From positions 204,538,001 to 204,602,000 of the forward strand of contig OZ024741.1 of assembly GCA_964016885.1 (NCBI GenBank): 64,000 nt of DNA, written 5' to 3'. The notes beneath the pieces are model-generated. The model did no database searches. It saw nothing but the letters and a program-made list of their open reading frames with translations, and had not been told where the DNA came from. The translations under genes were made by a program, and so were the position numbers. Of this stretch, positions 25,731-39,308 are shown in pieces. The DNA comes from Eledone cirrhosa. Taxonomy: Eukaryota. The number at the start of each line of letters is the position of its first letter. Within the stretch, counting starts at the first letter, position 1.

Positions 25731-25916
25731 ATTTTGTTTATTAAAAAATTAATTATTGTTTTTTTTTTCTATACTTGAAAAATTTGCTTATATCAAATGG
25801 AAGTAGGCTTTTCAGTGAACTAAATCATTGACTCGTGTATGAATCTCCAGTGACATGTATTTAAGCTTCTGTGCATTTTTCTTGTTGTTTCTTTTTAAAC
25901 TACACATTTCATGTCT

Positions 25917-26134
25917 TTAACCCTTTAGCATTCATATTACTCTATATTTACTATTGTATGTTCAAGGTAAATGCTTTACCTTACATAATTATCTCACATA
26001 ATATCAAATCTACGAGATTTTGATGTCACTTATTTTTAGAATAAAGGTATATTAATATAGGTATGAGCAGCCAGTTACGGCTGGTTTGAAGAGAAAGAGG
26101 TGAGAGAATTCTGGCTGAAATGCTAAAGGATTAA
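25917..26134 (+). mobile_element. TTAA-MITE family 1
   Basis: ttaaccctttagcatt...aaatgctaaaggattaa. Confidence 0.88.
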
Positions 26135-26805
26135 ATGTTTCCCTACCGAAGGATATATTCTGCTAGGTTGAATTGACATTGATGCTTTATTTGAAAATGT
26201 TGTTGCCTAGTCACAAGTCAGTATCCATCAACCAGACTTATGAATCAAAGGCATTCCAACCTTGGCCATCTTGTCTTTCTTTTCTAAAATATATCTAGGA
26301 CTGCATTATCCTAGTCTGTCGTTTGAGGTAGATTTAGCTATTTTTAGTAAATCAAGTGACATGCAGAATCTCTGTTATTGGCTTCACATGCAAATATAGA
26401 TTATAGTGATGGTCTCAACAATCCAATAGATTATTGGATCATTCAGTTAAGATCCTTCATATAATTAAGCTACGAATTTATGGATTATCATGCATGACAA
26501 GAATCAAGAATGACATGATTTTAATTTTAAAGACACACTCATAAAATAATATTCATGTGTCAAAAAAGCATTCTTTGAATTTAAAGATTTATTTTGTAGT
26601 AGTTGAGGATAAGTATATGTGTAATGAAGGCATGACTGTGTGGTTAAACATTTTACTTTGCAAATATGTGATTCTGGGTTCAATCCTGGTATATGGCACC
26701 TTGGGCAAGTACCTTCTAAAGCCTCAGGTGGACCTTGTGAGTGGAATTTGACAGAAATTGTAAGATAGCCTGGCCTGCTCTGTCTCTCTCTACATATATA
26801 TATAA

Positions 26806-26938
26806 TCATCATCACCGTTTTATATCCATTCTTCCACACTAGCATGGGTTAGATGGGTTGTCCTGTTGTGGGCAGTGTCCGGTCGGCTGACCTTCTCTTG
26901 CTCATACGGGAACTGATTCTGGCTTGATTTCCATAGCC
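26806..26938 (-). mobile_element. RTE 3' end, inverted, abutting the next LINE
   Basis: atcatcatcaccgttttatatccattcttccacactagcatgggttag is the reverse of the tails at 31960 and 56990. Confidence 0.8.
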
Positions 26939-26939
26939 T

Positions 26940-29241
26940 GGGGAAGAATGTACCCCACAGCATAGGTTAGTCGTTAGTGACATCTCAGAAAGCATGAAAA
27001 AGAATGAGACATACAGGATGGTGTGGAAAAGAAAGGTCTGGAAGCTAAAAGACCTTTCATTAAAATATAAATTTAGCAAAGCCCTTCAAGACGTGTACGG
27101 CAAAAAAGAAGACGATTTAGAGTTGTATGACATAGATGATAACTGGAATTCCTTGCATGACAACTTACTGCAGGCTACTGAAGATACTTGTGGTTGAGGC
27201 AGAGCTTCAACCAGACAGAGAGTGACCTGGTGGTGGAACAGCACGGTAGATAGGGCCATTAGAGACAATAGACTGTTATGGAAGGCTTGGAAAAATGGTG
27301 GGAGTAGGGAAGGATACACAGCCGCTTAGAGAGAAGATAGACGTCAGGTGTACTTAGCATGCAGGGAGGCTGAGAGTAGGAGGTTTGCCAATGTTCTGTG
27401 ACAGGAAGATGAGAGACGTGCGCTGTTCCGCATTGCAAGGCAGTGTGTCAGTACAAATCAGGATGTTGTTGGAGATAAGTGTGTCCGGAATGATGCCGGT
27501 GTACTTAGTGCCACGAATGATAAAAAAAAGGAGGCCTGGAAATGTCACTATGAGAGACTGATGAATGTGGAGAACGAATGGGACAGAGAGAAATTATCCC
27601 CAGTAGACCCAACAGAGGGACCAGCTATTGAGATTGACGAATATAGGGTACAAGAGGCAATTAAGGAAATGAAAAATGGTAAGGCTGCTGGACCATCAGG
27701 GATAGTTGCTGAGATGCTGAAGGCATCAGGAGAAGTAGGCACTAAACTGGTTGCACGCATCATCAATCAAGCTATATATGGTGGTGTCATACCCAAAGAC
27801 TGGTGCAGCAATATTCTCATAAATTGCTACAAGGGTAAAGAGGATGTTCTAGAAAGGAATAATTATAGGGGCTCATGGATCAGGTTATGAAAGTGGCAGA
27901 GAGAATATTAGCGCAACTGATTAGAGAAAGGGTCAAATTAGATGAGATGCTGTTTGGTTTTGTGCCCTGGAAAAGTACAACAGATGCTCTCTTCTTAATG
28001 AGGCAACTACAAGAGAAGTTCTTAGAGAAGAATAAGCCACTATACTTAGCTTTTGTTGACCTATAGGAGGCCTTTGATAGGGTACCCCGATCTATCATCT
28101 GGTGGTCCCTAAGAAAACTAGGTGTAAAAGAATGGCTTGTGAGGACAGTGCAAGCTATGTACAGGGGTGCTGTCAGTAAAGTGAGAGTAGGCATGGAGTT
28201 TAGTGAGGAATTCCAGATACAAGTAGGTATACATCAGGGTTCGGTCCTCAGCCTGCTCTTGTTCATTATAGTCCACCAAGCCATAACAGAGGAATTTAAG
28301 ACTGGATGCCCATGGGAACTTCTCTATGCTGATGATCTGGTTCTTATAGCAGAATCAGTAGAGGAGCTAGAGAATAAATTCTGGCTATGGAAACAGCAGT
28401 TCGAATCAAGAGTCCTGAGAGTGAGCATAGCTAAGACAAAAGTGTTAAGTACAAGAGAGGACAATACTCTGATTCCATCAGGGAAATGGCCATGTTCAAC
28501 ATGTAGGAAAGGAACTGGCATAAATTCCATAAAATGTACCCAATGCAGATCTTGGGTACACAAGAGATGTAGTGGGATAGCAGGAAAACTAACAGGTAGG
28601 GGAAACTTCATATGCAGTAGATGTACAGGGAAAGTTGGCAGTAGTAATCGCTGTGATAGACACATTTTTTCCTATGCAGGTGGGTTCTATAGAAGTGGTT
28701 AATAGCTTCCGGTACCTAGGTGCTCAGATTAGCATGCGAGGTCATAGTATCTAGAATAAGGACGGGTTGGAAGAAGTTTAGGGAGCTGCTTCCTCTGTTG
28801 ACAAAGAAGGGTTTCTCCCTGCGTGTGAAAGGGTGGTTATATGATGCCTGTATGAGATACGCGATGCTGCATGGCAGTGAAACATGGGCAGCAACAGCAG
28901 AGGATATGCGCTGGCTGGAGAGAAATGAAGCAAGTATGCTCTGTTGGATGTGCGTGAAAGACCAACCATAGACGAGTTGAGAAAGAAACTGGGTATAAGA
29001 GGGATAAGTTGTGGTGTGCAGGAGAGAAGGCTGAGATGGTAAAGAAGTGCCAAGAAATCCCAGTAGAAGGAAGTCGCAGTAGAGGTAGACCACAAAAAAC
29101 ATGGGGGGAGGTGGTGAGGCGCTGAATCTCACTGAGGAGATGACGAAGGACCATGACAAGTGGAGAGATGCTGTGCTGAATAGGACCCATGCAACCCTTG
29201 CAAGCAGGGAAAAGCGGATGTAAAATGATGATGATGATGAT
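26940..29241 (+). mobile_element. RTE LINE, 5'-truncated, with stops and frameshifts
   Basis: GKAAGPSGIVAEMLK, RQLQEKF, GIHQGSVLS, LLYADDLVL, PHD-like finger, LHGSETWA; (GAT)n tail. Confidence 0.94.
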
Positions 29242-29243
29242 AA

Positions 29244-29341
29244 GGTGTCCACAAAAAATGTATACACACTTGGATTACCTGTACAGGCAATATTTATTAG
29301 AATGCTGTTGAAGTGTGTGTACATTTTTGGGGGACACCCTG
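29244..29341. mobile_element. Tc1/mariner-type MITE
   Basis: ggtgtccacaaaaaatgtatacacactt / aagtgtgtgtacatttttgggggacaccctg inverted ends. Confidence 0.7.
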
Positions 29342-29351
29342 TGTATATATA

Positions 29352-29389
<38 letters not shown>

Positions 29390-29657
29390 AATGTTTACAT
29401 TGGCCCAAAATTCTGTGTTGGTATTTAGATCATGACTCTAGCAACTGGACAAATAGAAATTAATAAAATATGTACTAAACATAAATAGGTGCTAGTGTTG
29501 GCATGATTGATTAAAAAGCCCTTGAAGTGGATGTCCTAGCATAGCCATTGTCAAATTGAATAACTAAACCACAAAAAGAATATTGGAAGATTGTGTGTAT
29601 GTGATCGTTCTTTTACATCCGTTTTGGATGGTAATGATGATATGTATATGTTTATTT

Positions 29658-29890
29658 GCGAAGGTGCATGGCTGAGTGGTTAAATTGGATTCTCAATCGT
29701 GAGGTTGTGAGTTCGATTCCTAGACTGAGCGATGTGTTATCTCCTTGAGAAAGACACTTTATTTCACGTTGCTCCTTCTGCCTGGATTTGTGACTAGTAG
29801 ATAGAATTAGTAATTGGAAAGACCAATGGAAACATTGTTTCCTCGGTCTGATTTGACGAGGTCTTGGATCTTGTCGATTGACTGTCGATA
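29658..29890 (+). mobile_element. tRNA SINE (CORE/Meta-like family)
   Basis: gaaggtgcatggctgagtggtta...gagttcgattcc...agacactttatttcacgttgctcc. Confidence 0.7.
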
Positions 29891-30161
29891 TGTTTATTTA
29901 TGTTGCATTGATTAATATTTTAGTTAATACTATTTTATGAACAACTTAGGAAATCCTAATCTGAGGTAATTAATTTTTTTTAATGCATGGTAATTACTAC
30001 TATTATATGAAGGTAAGCTTCATATGAGACTGACTATTGTTTTCAGTTGTATGTTTCTCTTGGTATTAATGCCTTTAAGAAAGATATGAAAGTATATAAT
30101 TTCATTTCTTTTTGAGCCTATGTAATAAGGCTGTGGGTGTTTTTTTTTTACTGAATGAACT

Positions 30162-30377
30162 TTAATTCTTTAACATTTACATTACTCTATATTTACTGTT
30201 GTATTTTCATGGTAAAAGCTTTACCTCACATAATATCGAATCTATGAGATTTTGATATTATTTATTTTGAGAACAATGCCTTAACATCAGTATGAGCAGC
30301 CAGTTACAGCCAGTTTGAACAGAAAAAGGTGAGAGAATTCTGGCCGGATTTGGACGGTTTAAATGCTAAAGGGTTAA
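30162..30377 (+). mobile_element. TTAA-MITE family 1
   Basis: Family body; ends aaatgctaaagggttaa. Confidence 0.88.
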
Positions 30378-30835
30378 ATGTTCAGTGACAACCTTTGAGT
30401 CGAGGTTATTTTTTGTTCTTACTTTATAGTTGGGGAGGAAAGAGTAGTGCTCATGACCCTCATCATGTCCTCCTAAACTGATGGGAGATAGAAAGGTCTT
30501 CTCAAACGGGATTTGGCCCAAATGCTTGCAACAGAGTACACCATACTAAAGGCTCTAAATAATCCAATTATCATTAAAATGATAAATGGATTATGTTTCT
30601 CACCCAAATATGATTGGAACAATCATTCACTGTTTAATCTTTCCCACTTCAGTGATCACCACTGATATCTCTGTAGAGCCAGATTTCCTGAAGAATTGTC
30701 TTATACCACTCAACAATGATCTGTCCTTTGAGAACTTGAATTAATACTAAAAATAAAAATGGGCCTTTCTCAGAATATTTATATTTACAAATAGAAACAA
30801 AATATTTAATAAACAGTGCTATTATTTGAAACAAC

Positions 30836-30943
30836 AAATCCCGCCGAGGTTAACTTTGCCTTTCACCCTTACGGGGTCAATAAAATAATAAAGTACCAGT
30901 AATGTACTGGGTAATTGCTGGCCTTGTGCCAAAAGTAGAAACA
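30836..30943 (+). mobile_element. 5'-truncated Nin-like SINE with 15-bp TSD
   Basis: ATTATTTGAAACAAC at 30821-30835 and 30944-30958. Confidence 0.88.
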
Positions 30944-30977
30944 ATTATTTGAAACAACTTTTATTTCCACATTACAG

Positions 30978-31084
30978 TATGATGATGTTCTGGAACTACT
31001 GGAATCATTTGAGAGAATGTCGATTTCGTCTTTGTATCGCAAATATCGACCAAGTGTTCCCCTCAAGTCTAATTACTCCACATG
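30978..31084 (+). CDS. VPS13: VPS13 exon w6
   Basis: ttacag|TAT...TG|gtaagt; YDDVLELLESFERMSISSLYRKYRPSVPLKSNYST(W). Confidence 0.95.
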
Positions 31085-31380
31085 GTAAGTTCCAGATTCT
31101 TTTCATGTCTTAAATCACAATGTATTCATGGAAATAAATTAAGATAATTTTTAAAGCCTAATATTTCTTAAATGATAATAAATTGAGATAATAGCTAATA
31201 CTAGAAGTATTGTATTTGACTGGTGTATTTATATTTAACCGTTTCAATACCAATCCACCTCATTTTAAAATGTTCATATTTGTATTAAAACCTTCCATCA
31301 TAATTTTAAGAAATTTTTGTTAAATCGGCTTACTAAGGAAAAGGTTAATTATCTCATTAAATTCTTCAAATTTTCAAAAT

Positions 31381-32154
31381 TACTATATATATTTGAATAT
31401 AAGTCGATCTGAATATGTCAACCCCCTATTTTGTGTCTGAGAAATGGGCAAACGTCCAAACCCTGTGTATAAGCTGAGGCAGCTAATCAACAATGTTTAG
31501 ATGCTGCAGTTTTGAAATGATTATATGAGTGGAGAATATATTTATGAAGTTTAAATATTTAGATATTTAAAATGTTTTAAGTGTACAGTTTTTGTTTCAA
31601 CTCCATTATGTAATAATTTTTTACCAATATCTGATCGTTTTTGTGACCTCTGGCATCACGCAGTAATACAGAGTACCCAACCTCCCATGGGTACAAGCTG
31701 AAGCATATAGACAGTATGCCCCCACACCCTCCCACAGCAAGGTGGTCGTGGAGGTGCCACGGCAAAAAAGCACCCAGCTACCACTGTAAAGTGGATGTGT
31801 AGGCGCCACGGAAAAAGCACCCAGTACTCACCGTAAATGAGGTTGGTGTTAGGAAGGGCATCCAGCTATAGAAATCAAGCCAAAATCAGTTCCTGTATGA
31901 GCAAGGCATGGTCAGCCGACCAGGCACTGCCCACAACAGGACAACCCGTCTAACCCATGCTAGCATGGAAGAACGGACGTAAAACGGTGATGATGATGAT
32001 GATTCATTCAAAACACATTTAAAAAATAAGGAAACAAATTTCATCTCCAAAGTGAAACCAGTGTAATAGTCACCTCAAATATGTCGACCCCCTTTTACCA
32101 TTGATTTTTTTTATTGTCACATATTTCTCAGATTATATACGAGTATATATGGTA
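31381..32154. mobile_element. Tc2/pogo-type non-autonomous element, decayed, hosting an RTE tail
   Basis: tactatatatatttgaatataagtcga ... tcagattatatacgagtatatatggta imperfect TIRs. Confidence 0.55.
31643..32003 (+). mobile_element. RTE 3' UTR and tail
   Basis: Near-identical to 56678-57037; (GAT)n tail. Confidence 0.9.
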
Positions 32155-32659
32155 ATTAATACACGTTGGCAGTGTATTTCATTAGAAATATGATAACAAA
32201 AGAATTAATAATATAAAAAATGTCCCAGAACATTAGCCTGTATCTTACCACAAAGTTGTGATTTAGGTTACTGGCTTGTGATGATTCATAGGCTGCCATA
32301 CCCAGTAAATTAAACTGCAAACATCTCTTTCACAAAACTGCTTTCTAAAGTTATAAGTATTTTCTTAAGTGACAATGCTTATGAATAGTGGTAAGAAACT
32401 CTCAGGAGAGCTGGACAGCTGAAGGTCTTCAGAGAAGAAACCCTCCTCAAACAAATGTTTCATCATATAAAAAAAATCTAGTGATATCACTTGACCATGC
32501 ACATAAACTGGTTGATGTGTGCTCCCATTGCTGCTAGTTGGTTATCACATTACAGGAGTTATGTTTTCTCCTTCTTCACTTTGTTTTGTAGTCTTTCAAC
32601 ATTTGCACCAGCTTCTATTGATAAAATTACAATTCAAGAACTTTTCTCTATTCTTCTAG

Positions 32660-32831
32660 GTGGAAATATGCTTATACATGCATATTGGAGGAAACTGTTC
32701 GGCGTCGAAGGAAGATGTTTTCCTGGAATCATATATCAAATCACAGATCTATTATGAAAAAATACAAGGAAGCTTACGTTAACAAACTTACCCAGAAATC
32801 AGTTGCAGCAAATATTGCAAAAACTATTGAG
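32660..32831 (+). CDS. VPS13: VPS13 exon w7
   Basis: ttctag|G...GAG|gtaagc; WKYAYTCILEETVRRRRKMFSWNHISNHRSIMKKYKEAYVNKLTQ...IE (WWKYA motif). Confidence 0.95.
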
Positions 32832-33574
32832 GTAAGCTTTTATAAATCCTAATTAACAGCATGGGGTTATTGTACAAGCCACTTTATTTTTGTTTACATT
32901 ATATGGTAGTTAAAATTGATAGAATGTGGGGATAACTTTTTCTTTCATTTATACTTTAACATTAATATCTTCAATTTTTTTTTTTTAGATGAGTTATAGA
33001 TAGGCAGAATGTTTCACAGAGTTGTTCCTTGGGTTGATCAATAGTGAATATGACCATGTAATTGAAGTAGGGAAACCGATTTCCCCAAAGCATTAGTATT
33101 TGAGTGTATAAGGATCATGAAGGAAACAGAATTAACTTTGAAATATTTATTGCCAGCCATACTACAAAACCATATTCACTCTACATTAAAATAGATTCCA
33201 CAGAAAGTATTTTCTCTGTAATGTATGAGCTTAGGTGAAGTTGTATTGGGGTGGGAGGATAATTTGCTTTGTGTATACTGTTTACAGGGAAAAACAGACT
33301 AAAATATGAGAGTAGAAAAATAGAACTGACAGCTTCTGACTGGCCCAAAATACAGTCACAACTAGCATACCCCAAGCATTATATTTTGCTTGGTGTATTC
33401 TTCAAACTTCTTGTGTTTTATTCTTATATATAAATATTTCTTTTATTAAATGAGAGCCCTAAAATTAGAGGGAGTGAGTGAAAGCCTGGGGATGCAGACA
33501 ATAGGGAAAAACGAAAAAGTTTGTCATGGGGACTGCAATGCTAACCCTTGCTTTAGAAAGGAAGGAAGACTTTC

Positions 33575-33756
33575 TTAACCCTTTAATGTTCAAACAGGCC
33601 AAAACCGGCCAGAATTCTCTACCTTTTTCTGTTGAAACTGGCTGTAACTGGCCACTCAAACTGATTCAATATTATGTGAGATAATTATGCGAGGTAAAGC
33701 CTTTACCATGAAAATATAATAGTATATATAGAGTAATGTGAATGCTAAAGGGTTAA
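33575..33756 (-). mobile_element. TTAA-MITE family 1, internally deleted
   Basis: ttaaccctttaatg...aatgctaaagggttaa. Confidence 0.85.
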
Positions 33757-34574
33757 AACACTTGTCATTGTTTTTGTATTATTAAAAGAGAGCTCAATCT
33801 CTAAATCCAACATTGACTTTAATATACTATGGGTGTCTTGAAATTAATTTAAATATCATTTGACTAGTGATTGACTTACTTCTGCTTTAGAAGTAAGTTA
33901 TGAGTTTAAATTCTGTCAAAGAATGTGTTTATTCATTGCAATATGATTGCTGAAAATGATCAGATAATATACCAATAAAAGCATAGTTTAAAACCTGAAA
34001 ACATAAATCATAAGGTCAGTTGTTCAGGAATATCAAGCTAGACCTATCATTATCTGTAAAGTAGTATTTCTGAACAACTGACCATATCATTTATTAAATC
34101 AGTATCAGTAATAGTATCATTTTATCATTTTATTTAATTGAATTGACTGAAATGCATACAGTAATATGTCTTTCTATTAGATATTACATTCAATCTTCAA
34201 ATGAGGAATATTAGTCTTTTAACTTCTATAATAATAATTATGAGCATTTTTGACAGGAAGTGGTTATTTAGATCTGTGTAGATCTATTATGAAAGTGGAT
34301 CCCTGAGCTATAAAGAGCAACAAATAAATAAATATTTCAAGGCCATTTTCTCTGCTAAAACAGGGTTAGCATTGTGTACAGTCTTCATCATACTCATGGT
34401 TTCTTTTTTGTGATAGCATTTTAACAACTGGATGCCTTTCCTGTCAACAACTCTTTCAGTTGCCTCTTATGACATGCAGGAATACAGTGTATTTATTCTA
34501 AAACTGGAATTTATACAGTACGATTCTTTATCCAAAACTAAAATGAAATTTCCTTAATGATGATTCATTTGTCA

Positions 34575-34765
34575 TTATCAGTAGAGTGTCGGACAACATG
34601 CTTTAGGGCATAGAGTTATGGCCCTTTACGTTCTGGGTTAGCTTTGCTTTTCATCCTTATGGGGTCAATAAGATAAAGTATCAGTAACACACTAGGGTTG
34701 ATTTAATTGACTTTCGCCTTCCCCAGAATTGTTGGCCTTGTACCTAAATTAGAAACCATTATAAT
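34575..34765 (+). mobile_element. Nin-domain-like SINE
   Basis: tttcatccttatggggtcaataagataaagta...tagaaaccattat. Confidence 0.75.
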
Positions 34766-34792
34766 AATTAGTTACTACTAATTTCATTTCAG

Positions 34793-34855
34793 GATTCAGA
34801 ATACTATCTGGATGTCTTTTGTATTCTTATGATGAGACAGCAAGCAGAAGTAGAG
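34793..34855 (+). CDS. VPS13: VPS13 exon w8
   Basis: tttcag|GAT...GAG|gtatgt; DSEYYLDVFCILMMRQQAEVE. Confidence 0.94.
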
Positions 34856-35019
34856 GTATGTATTTCACTCTTCAAGAATCTTCTTGTTTTTTATTAGTTA
34901 AGAGAAAGAAATTCAGAAAGTTTCTTTTTATATTTTATAAACAAGATTATAAGGCATACCCAGACATAATAAGATAATAATAATAATAATACGATGCCTA
35001 TATTTTCATATCTAAGTCT

Positions 35020-35353
35020 AAAGTTTGTCTTAAGCCAGATGGCTCATTTGGCCGGTACTTATCCCGGTTTCATGGAGTGAAGTGACTGAGAGTACAAGAC
35101 TCTCCCCTGGACAGGATGCCAGTCCATCGCAGGGTTAAATCCCCAGCTATTGCTGGTATTCATTTTCAGCTGAGTATGTCCAAACCCATGCAAGCGTGGA
35201 ACACGGACGTTTAACGATGATGATGATGATGATATACTGGAGCAACATGAAATGAAGTGTTTTGCTCAAGAACACAATATGCAACCCAGGAATCGAACCC
35301 ACGACATTACGATCGTAAATCCAACACTCTTACCACTAGGCCACGTGCCTCCA
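35020..35353 (-). mobile_element. tRNA SINE (CORE/Meta-like) with a 56-nt RTE tail inserted at 35178-35233
   Basis: cagctgagtat[gtccaaacccatgcaagcgtggaacacggacgtttaac(gat)n]atactggagc...ggaatcgaaccc. Confidence 0.85.
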
Positions 35354-35762
35354 CATATTTTCATATAGGGACTCAAATAAATATCAATTTTTTTTCTTGA
35401 AAGCTATAAAATCTAGGTATTTCTGTCTCTTATTTAATAATCTTTCTGTAGTGTCTTGTATTATCAACCTCATCTTTGACAGTGGTTATTAGTATTACTT
35501 TTGTGTAGTAAAGAGAAACCATAATAGTAATCCTTCTCTTGCATTATTGATTATTTGATGTTATTGTTACTGACATAGTCACTTTGAAAGCTGCCAATAG
35601 TACTGGGTAAATTATTTGCTATGTTGGCTGCAGCCCAGAGCTCCACAATATAAAGAGTCTGCTTCTATTTTAACCCTTTTGTTTCCATATTTCTAATAGC
35701 ATACAATGTATTTTATTAAATTGAAGAATTTGGAAAGATTTGCTAAAGTTATTATTTCATTA

Positions 35763-35978
35763 TTAACCCTTTAGGATTTAAACCAACTGTATCCAGCCAG
35801 AATTCTCTCACTTTTTTCTGTTCAAACCGACTGTAATTGACCACTCATATTGTTGTTAAAGTATTGTTCTCAAAGTAAATAATATCAAAATTTCATAGAT
35901 TCAATATTATGTGAGATAAAGTATTTACTGAAAAAATACCATAGTATATAGAGAGTAATGTAAATGCTAAAAGGTTAA
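35763..35978 (-). mobile_element. TTAA-MITE family 1 nested in a family 2 MITE
   Basis: ttaaccctttaggattt...aaatgctaaaaggttaa inside 35670-39071. Confidence 0.85.
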
Positions 35979-36094
35979 GATAGTATTTGTAACAAATGGT
36001 TCTTGTATAAAATTATTTTGGAAAATTTCAATTCAAATAGAAATCATATAAAATGGATAGTTTTCTTTCATAAGATCAGAGCCAGGTTAGTATC

Positions 36095-39060
36095 TTCTTT
36101 GCCTACTTATTCCTCGGAGGGTAGTGGGGACAATGAGTCCTGTCAAAAGCAACCATCTCTAATTGATCCAGCTGAGTCTCCTACCAGTTGTTTTTGCTTG
36201 TAAAATCCATCCACTGATTCTTTCCTGAGATATTCTAATCACATGTCTGTAATATAGGAGTTATGATTTCTCAATTCGGAGAAGTAGCAGCTCCACTCAG
36301 AGCAACTATCTGGTCTCCGAGCTATGCACTCTATTGAGTAACTTTACTCCAAAGACCCTTCGGAGACACCCCATTTCAGCCACTTCTATTCAGAATCATA
36401 TTCTTGCAGTCATTATGCAAGATTCATGACTATTGGTAAGGGTTAGCATGAATACCTAATTGAAGATAGCGAGTTTGGCTTTTACACCTACCTCCCTTCT
36501 GATCACCAAATGCGGAAGTTGGTGTATTACTGCACTAGCTTCTGCAATTCTTGCACTTAATTCAGCCTCCTGCCTTCCATCACTTGTGAACACAGCCCCT
36601 AAATACTTGAAACTCTCCACCTGCTTCAGTGGAACTTCACTTATATGAAGAGTGCACTGTGCAGGCTTCCTTGACAGAACAAGTTTCTCAGTCTTCACAG
36701 CACTGATTTTCATTTCTGCTGTGCAGCACTTGGCATCAAACCTCTCAAGTGCATGTCGGAGATCACTTTCTGTTGAGTTAAGCAATACCATGTCATTTGC
36801 AAATTCCAGCCATCAATCCCATACTCTTGCAGAACAACAGGTTCTGTGGGATATGGCCATAGGCTTTTTAAAAATTTATGAAACAAGCATGCACGTTTTG
36901 CAATACTCTCAAAGACTTTCCACAATATGAATATTTGGTTGGCTATACTGTCTTCAGGATGAAAACCACACTGTTCATCAGTTAGCTTGGACTCGTCAAT
37001 GCCCCTACATCTCTCTGCCAGACATAGACTTTACCAGGGATACTTAACAAGGAGATCCCTCTATAATTGGAGCAATCTCTCTTGTCTCTCTTTTTGAAAA
37101 TTGGGATTATCTCTCCTGATTTCCATTGTCTAGGTTCCTTTTCAGAGATCCAGGCCACCTGGCACATGAGTCATCCAGAGAATACCTTCTCTATTTAAGG
37201 CTTTTAACATCTCAGGCCAAATTTCTACCTCCCCAGTAACCTTACCACATTTGAACTCTTTAATTGCTCTTGTGACCTCAACCTCCAAGAGATTAGTCAT
37301 CACTCCCAAATGCACTTTGTGTACATGAAAAGATGCTGTTGTGATTAGGTTTAGATCAGCAAAGTATTCTCTCCACCTCATGAGGATATTAGGATACACC
37401 TCTCTGAAGAGAGAACTCCAGAAGCATTCCTGATAACAGGCATGGAGAAGGACTTCACATCACAAAGTCAGTGCATGGTCTTCTGAAACACTTTATTTGC
37501 TAATCTGAAGTCAGATTCCAGCTTAACCTTAAAGTCCTCCCATGTCTTAACTTTGGATGCTTTTACTGACTACTGTGACTGTTCATGCCTGCTTGTACCG
37601 CAAAGGCAAGAAGGAAGACTTTTTTCCAAGCCAAGCTTTGTATCTCCATCTTTGCTTGGATGGCATCTTTGACCATTTGATTGAACCAAGGAGTCCTCTT
37701 GTCACCCTGCAACACACCAAGCTGCTCTCACCCACAAGATTTAACAGCTGAAGCCAAAACAGTCGAGCTGAACAGTCTCTTAGCCATTTCAAAGTCCTCA
37801 GTTTACACAGTGAGTTCTCTGAATTTGGATGCAATAGTATACACAAACCTTTTCCTGACTTTCTTCCCACTTTATCCTGAAGATTGAGTTGGACTTCCAA
37901 GTTGTGTGGCCTTTCTTAGCTTTAGGTAGTCTCAAATTGCATATAACTAGATGGTGATCAGTTGACAGCTCAGCCCCTCTCTTAATGCATACAGCACAAA
38001 ATGAAAGATATCAGAGACAATAACAAAATCAATTATTGATCTTTGTCCCTGATTTCTCTTACACTATGTGTATTTATGGATGTCTTTATGCTGGAAAAAG
38101 GTATTCATAATAGAGAGTCCATTTGTATAAGGCCTCTCCATTTGTATTTAGATTGGGATCACTATTCCTTCCATAACTGCATCTAATGCTGCAGTGACTT
38201 CATCAAAGAAGGGTCTATATTTGGGCTCTCTGTTTGGCACATATACCTGCACCACCCACAAACACATTTCTTTCAGCCTAAGCTCTATGAGGCAAATCCT
38301 TCCTCCCTTATGGGATCCAGTCCATAACACATTCTGACCGCGGGGGACTTGTGAGTATCTCCCCTCCCATCTCTACAGTCTTTTCTGGTGTCACACCTGA
38401 ATAGTGGAGTGTCCATCCTATATCCAAATCTAGTGTACCAAAGCCACAGAACTTTGTTGAGGAAATCACAACTATATCAAGCCAGTAGCCCTTGGCCTCC
38501 TCCACTAGTTCTTGCTCCTTTTCTGTAAAGGTTGTCATGTTCCAATTATCAACTGTCAAGGTTTGCCCCTTCCAGACCCTCTCTAGAGTCTCAGGATACG
38601 TAATCTTTGTGCTTCTATCCCATGCCTCCCAGGATAGGTTGCAGGTGCATCACCAGTTTTTGTATCATTGGGTGGAGACTGCTATGTCTTTTTCAAAGAG
38701 GCTCCTCTACCTAAAGCCTGAACGCATCTCTTGTTATCCTACATGATGGGTGTTTTTGCTATTTCCGGCCATATTGCAGTGTTTTGGTGGTCTCGTTTGT
38801 GCCAGTCACCAATTTGGTACTTTTATCAGATCCTTGAAGACTAGGCTTTTTTAGAGGCAGCCTTGAAATAGCTACATCACTAAGTTGTGATAATTTTCTT
38901 GGGAACTAACAGTGTCACCCATTGCTCCATCTCTCCTAGTAGTTTACCACTGTTGGTTGAGTTTGCTTATTTGTCTTGCTTATATGACAACTAACCATCA
39001 TATCTAGTGGATGTATCACTGTCTGCCACCTGTGACCCATTCTCTAACAGAACATCTCTG
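36095..39060 (-). mobile_element. Rex3/Expander-like RTE LINE, near full length, decayed
   Basis: Endonuclease (WNMTTFTEKEQELVEEAK), RT (IIPIFKKRDKRDCSNYRGISLLSIPGKVY; QVESFKYLG) and C-terminus in order. Confidence 0.88.
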
Positions 39061-39199
39061 CCAAGGGTTAAATATATATATTAAAATATAACTTTGAAAT
39101 GCATTGTTTTCAAATTTAGAATATAATTTTTTTCAAAATACCCTTTTTTTAAAATCCTGATAGACTTCATTAACAGATGATAATTACTTTGTTTTAAAG

Positions 39200-39308
39200 G
39201 CTGCCAAACTAGAAATCGTAAAATCCCAGAAAAAGAATCAAGGGTGGTTTGGAGGTTGGTTCAGTTCAGAAAAAGCAGGCCCACAAAAACAAGAAAACAA
39301 AGGAATAC
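39200..39308 (+). CDS. VPS13: VPS13 exon w9
   Basis: ttaaag|GCT...ATAC|gtgagt; AAKLEIVKSQKKNQGWFGGWFSSEK... (GWFxxW motif). Confidence 0.93.

Noticed and set aside
34011-34086. Hairpin of about 20 bp as a pre-miRNA
   Set aside because: Large unpaired interior; more likely a tiny MITE remnant, and nothing else supports it.
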